A stretch of DNA of 64,000 nucleotides. Source: Owenia fusiformis (Eukaryota). Position numbers and translations under genes: made by a program. The first letter of the stretch is position 1; every line of letters begins with the position of its first letter. Location: assembly GCA_903813345.2 (NCBI GenBank), contig CAIIXF020000001.1, positions 2,046,001 through 2,110,000 of the forward strand. Direction: 5' to 3'. Below are positions 37,401-52,400 of the stretch, piece after piece. The notes under the pieces are model-generated. The model saw nothing but the letters and a program-made list of their open reading frames with translations, did no database searches and was not told the origin of the DNA.

Positions 37401-40400
37401 ATGTAGATGATTTAGAAAAAAATTGAAGTCAGTCTAAACAGTATTTGTTAAGTTATAGGAAGTTGTAAGAAATTGTTACAGACGCCGGACGCCAACCGCC
37501 GGACGCCAACCGCCAACCACCAACCGCCGGACGCCGTCGCAAAAAAAACGGAGACCATAACAATATGTCACCACTTTTGGTGGTGACATAAAAACTGACA
37601 ACTTTGTTTTGAAATAAATTTTATTTTTGAAAATCTCTAAAATAACTTTATAGAGTCATGAAAAATAGTAAATGACTGATAGAAACATATTTTCAAACTT
37701 TGCATGGGCCTTTACATCATGAAAATGATATTTGGAGATTAAACGACATTTTCAAAAATTACATGTCGCTTCTAATTTATTCCAGTACCTTTGCCAGGTG
37801 ACTGTGGTGATGAAACAAGCTTTACTGGTATTAGAACAATCCAACCAAAGGGACAAGACCCATTCAAAGTATACTGTAGTGGTGGGTGTGTCTACATGGC
37901 AAGACGCTTTGATGGGAGTGTTGATTTTTACAGAAGCTGGGTCGAGTATCAAAGAGGATTTGGAAGCCCTCTATGTGAACACTTCATTGGCCTGGACAAC
38001 CTTCATGGTTTACTAAATCAAGGAAACTCATACAAACTCAGAGTTGAACTTACCATGTGGCCCCCACAGAGTGAAACACGTCATGCTGAATACTCTGTAT
38101 TTGATGTGAGTGATGAACGTGATAACTACAAACTAACAATTGGAGGATATAGTGGAGATGCAGGGGACTGTCTTGCATACCACGATGGTATGGCATTTAG
38201 TACAAAAGACCGTGATCACGATAAAACGACATACAATTGTGCTGTTGAGTACAAAGGGGCTTGGTGGTATCGTGGGTGCCACGATGCAAATCTGTTCGGT
38301 TATTATAGTAGTAATGCTAAGTGTCCTGCTAATAGTGAGTGTGTGTCATGGCACAAATGGCCTAACAAAATTGGCTCACCTAACAATAACTATTATTCTT
38401 TTAAAAAGATTGACATGAAAGTTTGTCCAAAATAAGAGTATCCTCCATATTCTAATATGCTACACAATGTCATATTCATCATACAGATGTGCTTGGCAGC
38501 ATATTTTGTTATTGTATTACTTAGAAATGTTAGAAATTAAGACAACTAAACAAAAACAAAAAACTTGAATTGGGGCTAAGGGGAAGGGGAACATATTAGA
38601 GTGATAAATGACGAATTTGTTTAAGACCTTAAAATCTACTTATATTAAGAAATATACAGATTGAGAAGCTGTTCATATTACAATCAAAACAATTTGACTT
38701 TGATTGTGTGATTTATATTATTCTGACCATTTTATGCCACTTCAGTTGTGAGAATTTTTTCTACCTACTGCCATTTTGGTCTTTTTTAAATTACCACAAA
38801 ACTCAGTGGTCATATATTAACTATAATTGATATTAATAAACAAAATAAAAAAATATATTGGCCTGATTATACTCCTTGCCTTTCAATTTTTACCATCACT
38901 AATGAGTCATATATGAAAAATGGACTAATTCATCAAATCCCAACAAGTAACTTATGAGTTTCAGAGAGGAGAAATCATTTCTCAAAATAGCCGTCATAGA
39001 TGTATTAGATGTACAAAAGATAAAGTGTCATTCTTGAATGTGTCCACATAAAATATTAAAAAATCAGTTGATGATCAGTTTTTAAGTAATAACAAAAAGG
39101 CAAAACAACACAAATTAATATGGCTTCCATTTTTCAAAATGGCCAACTTATTGAGCAATAGAGACAATGTCTCTTGCTTCCAAATTTTTTAGATAGAAAA
39201 TATCAAACAAATCACAGGAATTCTTTTTCAAAATGGCCAACTATTAAGCGAAATGCAAAATATCAGAGAAATTGCAGACATATGAAAAGATCCTTTTTGA
39301 ACAGAGGTCCCAAGGCCATAAGACATTAGCCTATAAAAGGTCCATGTGCAGTATGGCAAGTGATTTTAGACAGTCATATCTTTCACTATGAGTACTTTCT
39401 GGACATAAATACGATGGTTTTTATTAATATTTCTTTCAAGTGAAGTCCCCATGATAATAAAAATATCAAGATATCAATTTTCAATGACCAAAATCATGCT
39501 GAAAACAATAGATAGCATGAGTTTTCCCTATGGGAAAATAACATAGAAATGTGGTTTTTAACTTAATCACATTTCAATACCCATCCCCTTTTCAGAAGTT
39601 ATTAATATAGTGTAGAAGAAACTTTTGATACATTTAAATTAAGAAAAACAAGATCCTTTTTTTTAGAAAACAAGCCTTACATTTTTAAAGAAGTGACAAG
39701 GTGGGGTCCTAATCCATCATTTTTCAGAGAGTTGGATTGATATTTTACTATCACAGGGACTTCATTTTAAAGAAAACATATTGTTTTAATAAAAACCACT
39801 GTATGTATGCCCAGAAAGTACTCATGGTGAAAGATATGACTGTCTAAAATCACTTGCCATACTGCACATGGACCTTTGTACTAAATTCTATAAATGATAT
39901 TGAAATATTACATTATTTATGAAAAATGGTAGCCATATTGAAAATTTCTTCAGAGCTTCTTTGTCCCTTAGACATCAGCAACCAAATCAATCAACTAGTA
40001 TTAAAGTTATCAAAATTTACATGTATATTACAAAAAATGGTGGCTTTTTTAAGTTGAGCAGTCATATTGAAAATTCCTTCTCGAACAGAGGTCCTATGCA
40101 TTAGCTATTAGGCTAATCTGAACCAAATATCTCGCCCGATAAAAGGGCCGATATTTGTGTTATTGCCCAGACACACAAACGACGCCAAATGCCATCCACA
40201 AAACGTTGACCAACTATTCTTTAAAAATTAGAGCACTTTTTTAATAAAACTACATGAAATACTTTCCAGCTAAAACAAATAATCAACTCAAATTATAATG
40301 ATCCAATAATGATATTATGTCTTATTATGCACCTCATTAAAATACTCAAATCTGATTGGTTCTAAGTTGCTTGTAATTTGGCAATACTCTGCTCTTTTCT

Positions 40401-43400
40401 GAAAACTGCCGGATATTTTTTTAATATCTGACCCTTTCGAGAAAAAGGGTCGGATATTTTTTTCAATGTTTTTGCAACATTCCCACTTCAGAGTTTTATT
40501 TCTTAATAACTGGAGTACTACTTAAAGCTTACATCTGAAACTGGCGGAAAATAGAAGAAAAAAATGTACTTAATCAATCACAATTACCCTTATCATTCAA
40601 AAGTTACATATAATTCTGCAAGAACGTCTCGAATAAATAAAAAATAAATTCCCGGGGCAAATATTTTCGTCCAGTGTAGCGAATAAACTGGCCGGAAGTC
40701 GTCTGAGTTTTGAAAGAAAAAATAAATAAATGTCAAAATAATGTCAACTAAACGACAGTTAAAGCCTGCACTCCAGTAAGTACTCCACTTAACTTTGATT
40801 GGGAGGTGCATAATAAAACAAATACTGGATGATCAGGAGCTGGATATGGCCAGAATACCTATCCTCGAAAAAATATTGGGCTCGGCTGCCGCCTCGCCCA
40901 ATATTTTTTCTCGAATAGGTATTCTGCCATATCCAGCTCCTGATCATCCAGTATTTGTTTATTATCATTCTATCTGTAAACAAAAATGACCAATTAATGG
41001 CACTTGCTATAGTGGACAGGCAACCAATATGCATTGTCAGACAAATCAGCAATTGTAATGTAGGTGCATATGCATGAATTATTTGAAAGATATGGAGCCT
41101 TTGAATAAATCCAAGCCTTTCTATTTTATCTGTTTCAAATATTGAATTATTCTTCATTGAATACTCACCACTTCTTCTTTGACTGCTTTTTTCTTCTTTT
41201 CTTTCTTAACATTAACACTGGCATCTGCAAACAGGTCATCATCCTCCACTACCAAAGCCTTCTTCTTGGGCTTCTTCTCAGGCACTGGCTCACTATTGAA
41301 CATGTCATCATCATCCATTGGAGGGGGTTCCCTAGCAAAGATGTCTGGGGTATCACTTTTTGTATTAGATGGGGTCGAAAATATATCATCATCAATTGTT
41401 GTTTTGTTAGGGGTAAAATCTATATCTGGGGGTGGCTCTCGTGAGAATGGATCTGAAATGTCCGTGCCTAGCTTATCTGGCGGTGTAGAGGCGAAAATGT
41501 CATTTTCTTCGGATTTATTTTTAGTGTTTGTAACTGTTGTTTTTATTGCACTAGTGTTTGATTGTGTTGTGTCACTTAATGATTCCAATGGTGGTAACCC
41601 TGAGGATGAAGAGGGAGGTTTTGCACTGGAAGTGTCCGTATCTCCAAATAAGGCATCTGTCGGTGAGGAAGAAGAGGGAGGGGCTATATTTGTAGGTGAA
41701 GTAACTGCCACATTTGCACCCAATTGGTCAGTATTTTGAAGTCGAGCGCGTCTTGTTGGTGGTCGACGTTTTTGGGTGATTTTGGCACGATCCTGAAGTA
41801 TAAATGTAAAATTTTTGATATCAACAGATCAAATATATATTTCTTAATATGTAGTGTATTTCTAAAAACCTAGTATTTAATTTCATTTAATTAGGTATCT
41901 ACTTACTTAGGGCATACTGAATAAATCTAATGTAACTGCTTACATCTTAAACTGTAAATATCTAAGGAGTACCTTATTAGCACTATGTAAAGTTTTCACT
42001 TCTGCAGGTTTGTCAAAGCCAGCCACTGATGGAGTGGGTTCTTGTACAGGTGGCGCTGCTCCAGGTAATAAAGCAGATGGATTGATGTTCAATCCAGCCT
42101 AAAATGAGAATTTTTTGAAAGGTGGTTGGAAAAGCTCATAGGAGAAAGGTAGTTATTTAAACAGGCAAGAGAGAGCTATTTTCCTATGAACATCATTAAA
42201 CTTCTTCTAGATTGAAAAGGAGATAACAACAGTTTGAATTATTCAATTTAATGATAATAAGACGACAGCCATTACCTGTAGCTTGCCTATTCCTAGCTTT
42301 GGTGGACTGACAGATTTGAAGGCTGGTTTGTCTTGCTGTCCAGTTCCACCAAATGGTGTAGGCCCATCTCTTACAGATGGTTTGGTTGACCCAGTAGCTT
42401 TGGGTGGCGACAATCCAAATGGATCAGTGACATCTTTAGGTGGACTTCCAAACAAAGGATCTGAAAATAATGTATTACATATAAAAAAATAATATTATAG
42501 TCATTTGATTTAGATACACTCACTCACTAGAGCAGTGAACATGCTACACAGCAATAATAATTTGTTAACACATGTCTACTGAAGCAAGGTGTTTATCAAG
42601 TGCAACTACTTTCAAATCTCACTTGACATGGAGAGATATAACCTCAATGATATTCTGGATGTATATGACATATTTTGCATATTGCAAATCGTTCAACATT
42701 TTCAATTATTGCTATAACTAAGTTGCACAGCATTACCTTTTTGAGGAGTCACAGCTGGAGTTGCTTCTTTCTTGACTTCTGCTTCCTCTTCCTCATCTAC
42801 AACCTTTTTCTTAAGGGCAGATGGATCAAACGCACCAAACATGGAGACCCCACCAACAGGCTTCTTTGGTTTCTTCTCCACTGGTTCCTGAAACAGAAGA
42901 ATCTCAAAATATTAGGTTCATTCATTGGTTAGTTCACTTGCTTTTGCCTCTCATCTTCGCACGCTCCAGTCTTCACAGTGGGAGCCGCGTGAACGAAGAT
43001 GCTTGCCTCTAGGTGTAGTTGAATCATAATGTGTTTGCATCTTGATTCATATTAAGTTATTAGAGAACGAATTGGGCACAATTGCATTTGATGAATAACT
43101 GAGGTGTTGTAAACTTGAGTCAGGGCATTCTGATTTATCAGAGTCCCTCTTTATCTAAAGATTTGAGACTACATGGGATAGTGCAGGTAGTCAATTCCAT
43201 AATGTACCCAGTGAGATCTGATGGTTTTAGTTGACTTGCATGGCAAATATCCCATTTGACAATCTGTAACATGACATGCTCAGCAAACATTGTATCTATT
43301 GGACCACTTACTGATCTATTGCTGTCCTTGGTTTAGGTTAACATCAAACACTAGAGATATATGCAGTATAAAGAGAGCACAGTGAGATTTTTATTTGGAT

Positions 43401-46400
43401 GTTTTAGCTCAAATAACTTTATTTGAGCATTACATCAAAATAGAAAGGGTTTTTATACTATCAAATAATAAAGAGTCGAGATGCATGCAAGAAGGTTTTA
43501 CTAGTACATGTACATTGTACATAAAAAAATAAAAGAGATGAGATGCTTACCTTTGGTTTAGAAGCAAACAGATCTTCATCATTATCATCAACACCTCCAC
43601 CAAAGAGATCATCACTTTTGGTTGGCTTCTCTTCCACTTTCTCAATCTTACTGGGTCTAGGTGTTACCTTGGATATAGGCTACAAGACAGGCAAAAATGC
43701 ATAAATATTGATACATCACACATTAATGCCAGACAAGAGTCAAATAAGCATTGATCTTGGTCTACTAATACAGGTAGACCGTTATGAAAATAACATGGTA
43801 AAATAATTTACATGAGACCTATGGGATCTAACCTCCCTACCACTGATTGGAATATTATTTCAGAACAGCTAGACCCAGAATATTTATATTCCATCAAAGA
43901 CCAATTTTTTGTTGTTTTGTTAACCAAATTGTGTCAGTAAACAAAATGAGAGTAGTTTTTGGTCAAACTTAAGCCAAAAATGTTTTTGTCTCCGATCTTC
44001 AGGTCCAGGAAGATTATGTTAAGAAAGATCTAAAAGATTACAATTTGAGTCATTTTACCACTTATCAATCTTCTCATTCTCGTATATTTGCTTAAAATAT
44101 ACATCTGAAAGAAATGCATGATTTTTGCATAGGACTTTTGGATTGATTGATTGATTGTTTAATTGTTTGGCTGGTTGGGTTAGAAAAGGGTACAAGAAAG
44201 GATTCAATTGTGTCGGAAAGGTTACCTTATACTATTATATACTATTATGTAGGTATGTTCAGAAAGAGCTGTGTTCGTACAAACATACTATGTGTGGCAT
44301 GAGACAATAGAGACATACATACCTTCTGTGGGACAGAACTAGACCTAAACAGACTACTGCCTTTAGTTTTTGACCCAGTGCCAAACAGATCATCATCGTC
44401 GTCATCATCTACACCCGCAAACAGATCAGTGTTGCTTGATGATACAGTGGCGCCACCTAGCTTTAGTGAATTGGTCCTACTAGGGGGAGCCAGTGATGTA
44501 TTGGTTGGAGGGAAGGGTTTGGAATCAGGCTGTAGTGAGAGAGAAGGGTAAGGTCAAGTGTAGGTGTACAGTTCATACTATAGCATATGTGCACTTAAAA
44601 TAAAAAACAAAAATGGTAGTTCTCAAATGGTTTAATTGACTAAATTGTTTTATTTATTCTTGTATCAAACCCCTGTGAATCCCGTTCTTTCGCTGTAATT
44701 TTAAAAAGAGGGGGAGTTGTCATAGAAGTTATGCAAGACTAAATGCACAATTGGAGGCTTGTGTAATTTGTGCTATTTAATGAAGTAATTCATAAGCATT
44801 CTTAAAGGCAGGGTATTGACGTGTAGCATAATCACAAGTAATAAAATAACAATTTTTGATATCCTTGAAGAGATAAAAAATATGTCAAGCAAAGTTGAAT
44901 ATAAGAATGTAATATTTCACTTGTAAGAACATTAACCGATTGTTTTATCATAGCTCATATTATAACACTAAAATGATCACTGAAGTGCAAAAAGGTGTTT
45001 TTTGAAAGTATTGGTGACCTACCTTGGTTGGACTTGCCAGTGGACTGGTTGAACCAAACAGGTCAACATTGGGATCAGCCTCATCTCTACCAAACAGAAT
45101 GTCTTCATCTTCAAAGACACTCTTGGTTCGTGTTCTCTGTTTCTGAGGCTCCTAGAATATAATATCCATTTTAAATTAATTTATACATTGATGAGTAAAT
45201 ATAATAAATACATAAGTATATTTTTCTCTGAGTTTTTGACCATTCATGCTTTAAACAAGTACATTTTTACAATATTGCCAAACTGGTGTATCATGATTTT
45301 TGTCTGAACTGAGTTTCGCTTTTTAAACACTTAAGATGGGGGTTGGGATTATGAGTTAAAATATGGCATATTTCTAAACAAGAGACCCTATTTATGTAAA
45401 TATTGATTAAATCTTATTAAAATGCAACAATCTACAGACCCCTTTTTAAAATATAAGTGGCGATATAACTACCTTAACCTCTGTTTTTGGAGTGGTCTCC
45501 TTAGTAACAGCTGGCTTTGGTTTAGATGTTGCGAAAAGATCTCCTTTATCTTCTTCATCATCATCAAACATTGATACAGTGTTTGACCTCTTTTTCTCTA
45601 GCTTAGGCTCTGGCTTAACATCTGGTTTGACATCCTCTTTGGGCTTAATTGAACCAAACAGATCAGCACCACCAAACAGTGAAACACCACCAGGAGGTTT
45701 CTTTTTACCACTGCAAATCATATACATTATATCAATTACAGTATAACATGTAAATCTGAACATCTCTCAATGTGTTAACTCAGTCTCTCAGTCCCAATTT
45801 GAGTCCCATATTTAAATAAAAAACATTCAAATGTGAGCACCTGCTTATTCAAAGACTTTTGGCCAGTCAGAATAGTGCACATATAAGCAAAAGTCATATG
45901 TCCCCGAGGCATCAGTATATTTCAAAACAAATCCAACAACTGGTATTTGAGTTATCAAAGATGCGTTCTTTCCAAAAAAGCCTGGCAATTTGAATTAAGA
46001 AGCCATGATGACAATTTAATCTCAACCAGGGGTCCTATGCCTATAACACAATAGCCTATGAAAGGCCTACTTCAGACTGCTTCTAATCAAATTGTCCGAC
46101 TATCCACACATTTTTACCACTGTCACTTAATGAAATCAAAATAAACCCAAAGCAATAATATAATTCTTTCATGGTCACATCTAACACCATCAGAGTAATA
46201 TTCTATAACTTACCTGTCTTTGGGTTTTGCTGCTGTAGCAAACAAATCATCTTCATCCTCATCAGCGTCACCTCCAAACAGATCACCACTTACTTTAGGT
46301 TTGGAGACAGGGGCAGTCTGAAAATATTAATAATCAATATTACAACTGGTTACAAGTTCTGAATGATTTCTGAATTCTTGGTATATAAGTCAAGACAGAA

Positions 46401-49400
46401 ACCAACAGGGCAAACAAGGGTATAACAACATGACAAAATGTAACTACCTGGTAAGTTATTGCAAATGAGTAACAATTTGTTACAATCACTGAACGTTGGT
46501 CAGAGAGGCATTCTACCATCCAAATAATAAGCTGATGACAATACATGCATGTCAAATGTTCTTCGTGGTGACATTACAAAATAGAAATACATTGTATTAC
46601 CTTTGTTTGTGGCTTGGCTGGTTTACTGGTTGTAGTAGAGGGGGAGAAGAGATCCTCGTCATCGTCATCAAATAAACCACTCCCACCAGATGTAGCCTTG
46701 GGCTTGCTTGAACAACACACAAAAATGAGATTTACTTCTAACTACAAATATTCTACAACCCATCGGGACCAAACATTGTCGGCAGAAACAACAGATGCAA
46801 TATTAGCTTTATTCAATACCGATGACACTTCTAAAGGAAATCTATTCTGTATACGACTTACTAAGATTTTGGCCCACCTAATTGCATTTAAGCCTTTGTT
46901 ATTAGGAATTTGTTATACAAATTACAACCACTGACTGGCAGACACATCAAGAAGTGGAAACAAAAAAAATTAAACATCAAAACATTTGAAATGGTGACAT
47001 AATAATAAACAAGGCATTAACATGCAAATGTCACCACCTACCATTTGTTACAGATGCCGCACACTGACCATCAAACACGAACAACCGAACACCATCCACA
47101 AAAAAGTTGGAGACTATAACACTATGTCACCACACTCGTGGTGGTGACATAAAAATGATATTGACCCTCTGCACATGATGAGATTCGGTCTTTTAAATGC
47201 TTTCAGGCAATTTTTCAATCTTAAGGCAGTTTCCTTTATTCCATTTTTGCTTAGTGGTTTCACATCAAACTCATCATCAATGCTCCCTGTATCATTTCCA
47301 TAAGCCTTAACATTGTAGCAATATGAAGTATTGTTAAATTCAGTATTGTTAGTATTGTTAAATATAGTATTGTTAAGGCATTCTTCAACAGTCCTGCATT
47401 TATCTATAAAATCTGTATTGATTTTCCGATACATGTTTGTTTTGTTTAGTTTTGAATTTTTTTTTATTACATTTTTGATAAATCTTATTTTTTAAACTCT
47501 TTAGTGTATGTAGAGTGAGAGTTCAAGATTAGTTTCCACTCTTCCACATTTTTATTCATAGTTTCAGTATCTCTTATGTCAATTTATAATGTTTAAAAGT
47601 CAGGATTTATGTGTTAAAAGTCAATCTTTATGAGTTATCAAAATCTAATCATGAATGCTAATCCCTTCAACGTTATGGTCAAATAAGAGGCACGAGTCAG
47701 ATCACTTTTTATCAGGTGTTTTTCATTTAACACTTCAACGTAAATAAGTTGAACGAACATATGTAATAACAAGCGTTTAAACAGCTGTATGCTGGTAACA
47801 CAAGGTCGAAAATTATTAAATATCATTTTGATAGTGGCATTGTAGACTATGTTATTCATGGAAATGGATCATAACTGACAGGTCATGCCAACCTTCCCCC
47901 AAAATATAGTCAAGAAATATTATGAAGTCAGCTTGATTTAAAGTGATAAAAGAGGTTTTCACAAATTGTAGGCAAAAATGACAACTTATGGGTCATTTTT
48001 TCTCTATACCCCTACTCTTAACTTATTCTGTGGGAAGGATAATTAAACTTGAAATTCAGATTCTAACCAGTCTTATAAGCCTACTTCTTTTTTCATCTTA
48101 ATCTCAGTTCAATTCATATCATTCTGTGATAAAGCTTAATAGAGGAGGAGACTTAACGAAAATTTTTGCAAAACATCTTTCAATACTACGAGGCCCGTTC
48201 AGAAAGTAAGTAACTAACTGCTCATTTATTTCCATATAATAATCATAAAAAAATTCATTAAGTGATTTATAGCACTGTGCAGTACCAGACATATAAAATC
48301 TGCACTTAACTGGGAACAAAAGTAACATTACAAAATCTCTTCCGTTTGACATTCACATGTAAATATTCACTTTAAAACCTGTTACAAAAAGGTATTTCAC
48401 ATTTGTATTTTAATGGCACAAACGCATACAGCACAAACGGTAGCAGCTAATGAGGAGACGACTGGGATGACACTACCGCTACGTGAAGCAATGTGAGTCA
48501 CATGTAGCAACATTCCTGCACTATATCGACAGTCTAATGTCAGACATGTGGATGCTGCCGGAGATTTATGATGACGAGACCTGTCGTAACCTTATACAAC
48601 CTGTTGTGACCTTATTCAGTGATTGATTACCCAAATGATTCCCTTGCAATATGAATGTATGAGAATGAGAATGTATGAAGTTTGAAGTTGAATATGTATC
48701 TGAAATAAACACTTTTCTCTTGAACATTTCTATAAATAACAAACACCTCTTTGATGAGTTTCCCTGCATTCTAAATCTTAAGATGATTTACTCTATAATT
48801 AAACTTACCCAAACCCCTCTACAATAGACCCCCTTTTAAAATGATCTACCCTTTATAATAAACTCCTCTTTAGGTGAATATGCATTTTTAATGAATTATT
48901 CATTTGAATGAACATCTCTTTTCAATGAGTTCCTGTACATAGTGAATACCAATTACCCTTTAATAAGTAAATGCTTTTATTGCTGTTCTATAGAATGTCT
49001 GAGTCCCCACCATTTCTGGAAAAACATTTGTTCATGCAAAATAAGCATCTTTTTGTTGATTGCTTAAATTACTTCTTGTTATTAATGAAATGATTCTTGG
49101 GTGTATTTAAATAATAAAAATCATACATAATGAAATTAAAATATTCTAATTAAATTTCAACAGCTGAAGTATAATGAACGGTGGGAATACAATAAATACA
49201 GTCTGTGTTTTATTAGAGTAATTTTATGACCTAATAAAAATTGATGTTGTATAAACTTGTGAGAAACCAGTCTGTATTTTATAAGTTTATTGTTTTATGA
49301 CCAGGTTTATTCTAAATGATGTAAGAAACCAGGTGTTGAAGTATCATGAGTAGGGGAGCAGTTCTACATGCATCAAAACTTATTCCATGATATGAATGTT

Positions 49401-52400
49401 CAGTTCTATCCCAACTGCCATAGACTTCCATGTTAAATAAATAGAACCATGGGTACTGGGCCCACATGGTGTAGTGATTTCAGTCTAGTTGACAGCCATA
49501 TTAATTTCAAAACCTCATTGGTATTGCATACGAGAAAATACCTGTACATTGTAATGCATATCAAAGCAATAATTCTTGAACTTGTCTCCAAAATTTTTGT
49601 CCAGACTTTGAAAACTCAATGGTATTACGTATTTGGATATTTAATATAAAAGTGACCCTAATTTTGAGTCAAGACTTTAGAACCTTATTGTTACTTTATA
49701 AAAGAATATATTTGGATATTTAAATGCACTGATCAAACGTTAATTACTAAGTAATGGCTCCAAGTGATTTTTCTGTGACAAAAGAGGTGGCTATTTTTTG
49801 AAGAATTTTTGTTGACATAACACCTCATTGATAGCTCAAAAAATTTTCCATCAAAAATCGTGGCTATTTTGAAATAGGCGAGCTTTTGAATCTGAAGACA
49901 TAGGGTGCTTTCTGATATTTATAATCAACAAAAGTAACCTAAAACTGGAATCATATCAACAAAGGTTTTAAAATGGTTTACTATTGCTGATAAACAAACA
50001 GACGGATGGACAAGTGAGCAATTGCAAAAGCTCTCCATGTGAGCTAATAAAAACCTTGAAATGTGAATACTTTTGACTGACTGGTCCCAATGGTGTTAAG
50101 CTCTGATTGTAGACTTTAGCTGGTTGTGTCAACTTCAAAGGAAATACTGAGATTTTCTTCAAGTTCTTATACTAGCAATCCTGTACAGACTATTGAATTT
50201 TTCAGGACAAGATATAGATACATTTAAAAGACTGAACATACATTTACCTTGCTTGTTTAACAGGGGGAGGTTTGGCAAATAAGTCATCTTCAGGTTCATT
50301 CTCAAACAGGCTGTTACTAGAGGCAGAAGGACTTGGGGATTCCTTGGTCCCAATTGGTTTTGTTCCATTGGGTTTTGTAAGAGAAGACCCAGATTTGATA
50401 CTACTAGTTCTGCTTGCTGGTTTCTCATCATCTGACCAATCATCCTAAATAAAAAAACAAGTTATATGACCTTGTAATATAAATCATAGGTTCATACCAC
50501 AAAGCATCCTTGAAACAACATCAGGAATGCAAAGTATAGAATGGATGGCTTAAAATTATAATTATAAAAATGGCCACCTCATAATTAACCTAGCAATCCT
50601 AAAATTAAAAAGTCTAAAAGAGTATTGGACGCCATATACATGCATACATACCTCATCTGAAGCATCTGAATCTTGCTTTCTCTGTGCTTTGATAGCAGCT
50701 GCTAGAGGGTTGGGAGCATTTCCAAACATGGATACTGCACCTGCGGGTAGCTGGAACACACAATATATATCAATGAAATATATCCATTTCAGGCCATGAC
50801 AAGCATAGATTTTTCATGCTATAGACTGGGTTATGTAAAGGTAGTAAGAATTTATAGAATCTAACTCATGTATGATATCACTAATACAGTTTAAGGGAGA
50901 ATACATGTAATATAATACAAGCTCTCTACAGTAATTTGGATACATTGTATATGTTGTAAAGTAGTAAAGTACTATTGCATATTGCGAAAAAGGATGGTTT
51001 TTAAAACCATTGGTACTTACTTTCTTTTTTGGTTTCTTCTTCTCTTTCTTCTCAGCATGAGGTGGTTGAGCAGTGTCAACTTCATCTTTAGGTTTAGTGC
51101 TCTCTTTCTTCACTGGCTCTGCTGTTGCGAACAGGTCCCCATCATCATCTTCATCATCATCATCAGCGAATAAATCAACCGTTTTCTTTTTGGCTGGTTC
51201 TATGGAAATACATAATGAATTTGCATTACACAATGTCACCAAGCGGAGATTTTAAAATCAGGTAGAGAGTGACTTAATAGATACTACCTCTTAAAATCCA
51301 CTAGGCAGGAATTTCTTATTTTTGACCACAGTATAATGAATTTCTGCATCAATACCTTTCTTTTTTGGCTCAGGTTTCTTGGCAGGAACACTGGCGAAGA
51401 GGTCATCATCATCGTCATCATCAAAGATACCTCCACCAGAAGCCTTGGCTTTACTGGGGGCATCCATAGGTGGAGGCTTTTCTTTGTAGTCATCCTCATT
51501 ATCACTGATTGCCTTGGCCTTTGATGGGAAGAGATCATCATCACCTGCTACAATACAAAGACAAGTAACAATAAAGACACTACTAGTAATACTACCTAAT
51601 AATGATTACCAATGATCTCTATACTACAAGAGCAACTGTGTGTTGTGAAGATTTGAAAGGAATGTGCCACCTTGTTGAAAATCTCAGATATTTTAATATA
51701 TTTAAAACATTTAGAATTTCTTAAAGGGGATTAATAAGCATCTGAGAACAATACTATTTTGAATATGTAAAGTACCTCCAAATATTGAAATTCCTCCAGC
51801 TGGTACCTTTTTACCACTTTTAGTTTTTGTTTGACTTTCCTTAGCTGCAAAAAACAAATTGGATATATTCAATACATATTTCCAATACATGTACAAATAA
51901 TAGTTCTACGTTAAACATGTTATAGTAATGGAGAATAAGAATGAGCAATTTATTAACTATTACCCCTATCTGTTAAATCTTGTTTTTGTTTGTGGTTTAA
52001 TTTTAACAATAGTTCTCAATTCAAATGGCAGTTTTCATTTGTCCAAAATTGATGACAGATAGACATTTGGGCAGATGTGAGCCAAAAACCCAGGAAGATT
52101 ACTTCAAATACAAACTACAAGTACATTTATGTGTTCATATACAAACTACAAGTACATTTATGTGTTCATATACAAACTACAAGTACATTTATGTGTTCAT
52201 ATACAAACTACAAGTACATTTATGTGTTCATATACAAACTACAAGTACATTTATGTGTTCATATACAAACTACAAGTACATTTATGTGTTCATATACAAA
52301 CTACAAGTACATTTATGTGTTCATATACAAACTACAAGTACATTTATGTGTTCATATACAAACTACAAGTACATTTATGTGTTCATATACAAACTACAAG

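Noticed and set aside
42935..43010. CpG-rich patch as an alternative WASHC2 exon
   Set aside because: No convincing splice pair keeps the frame open.
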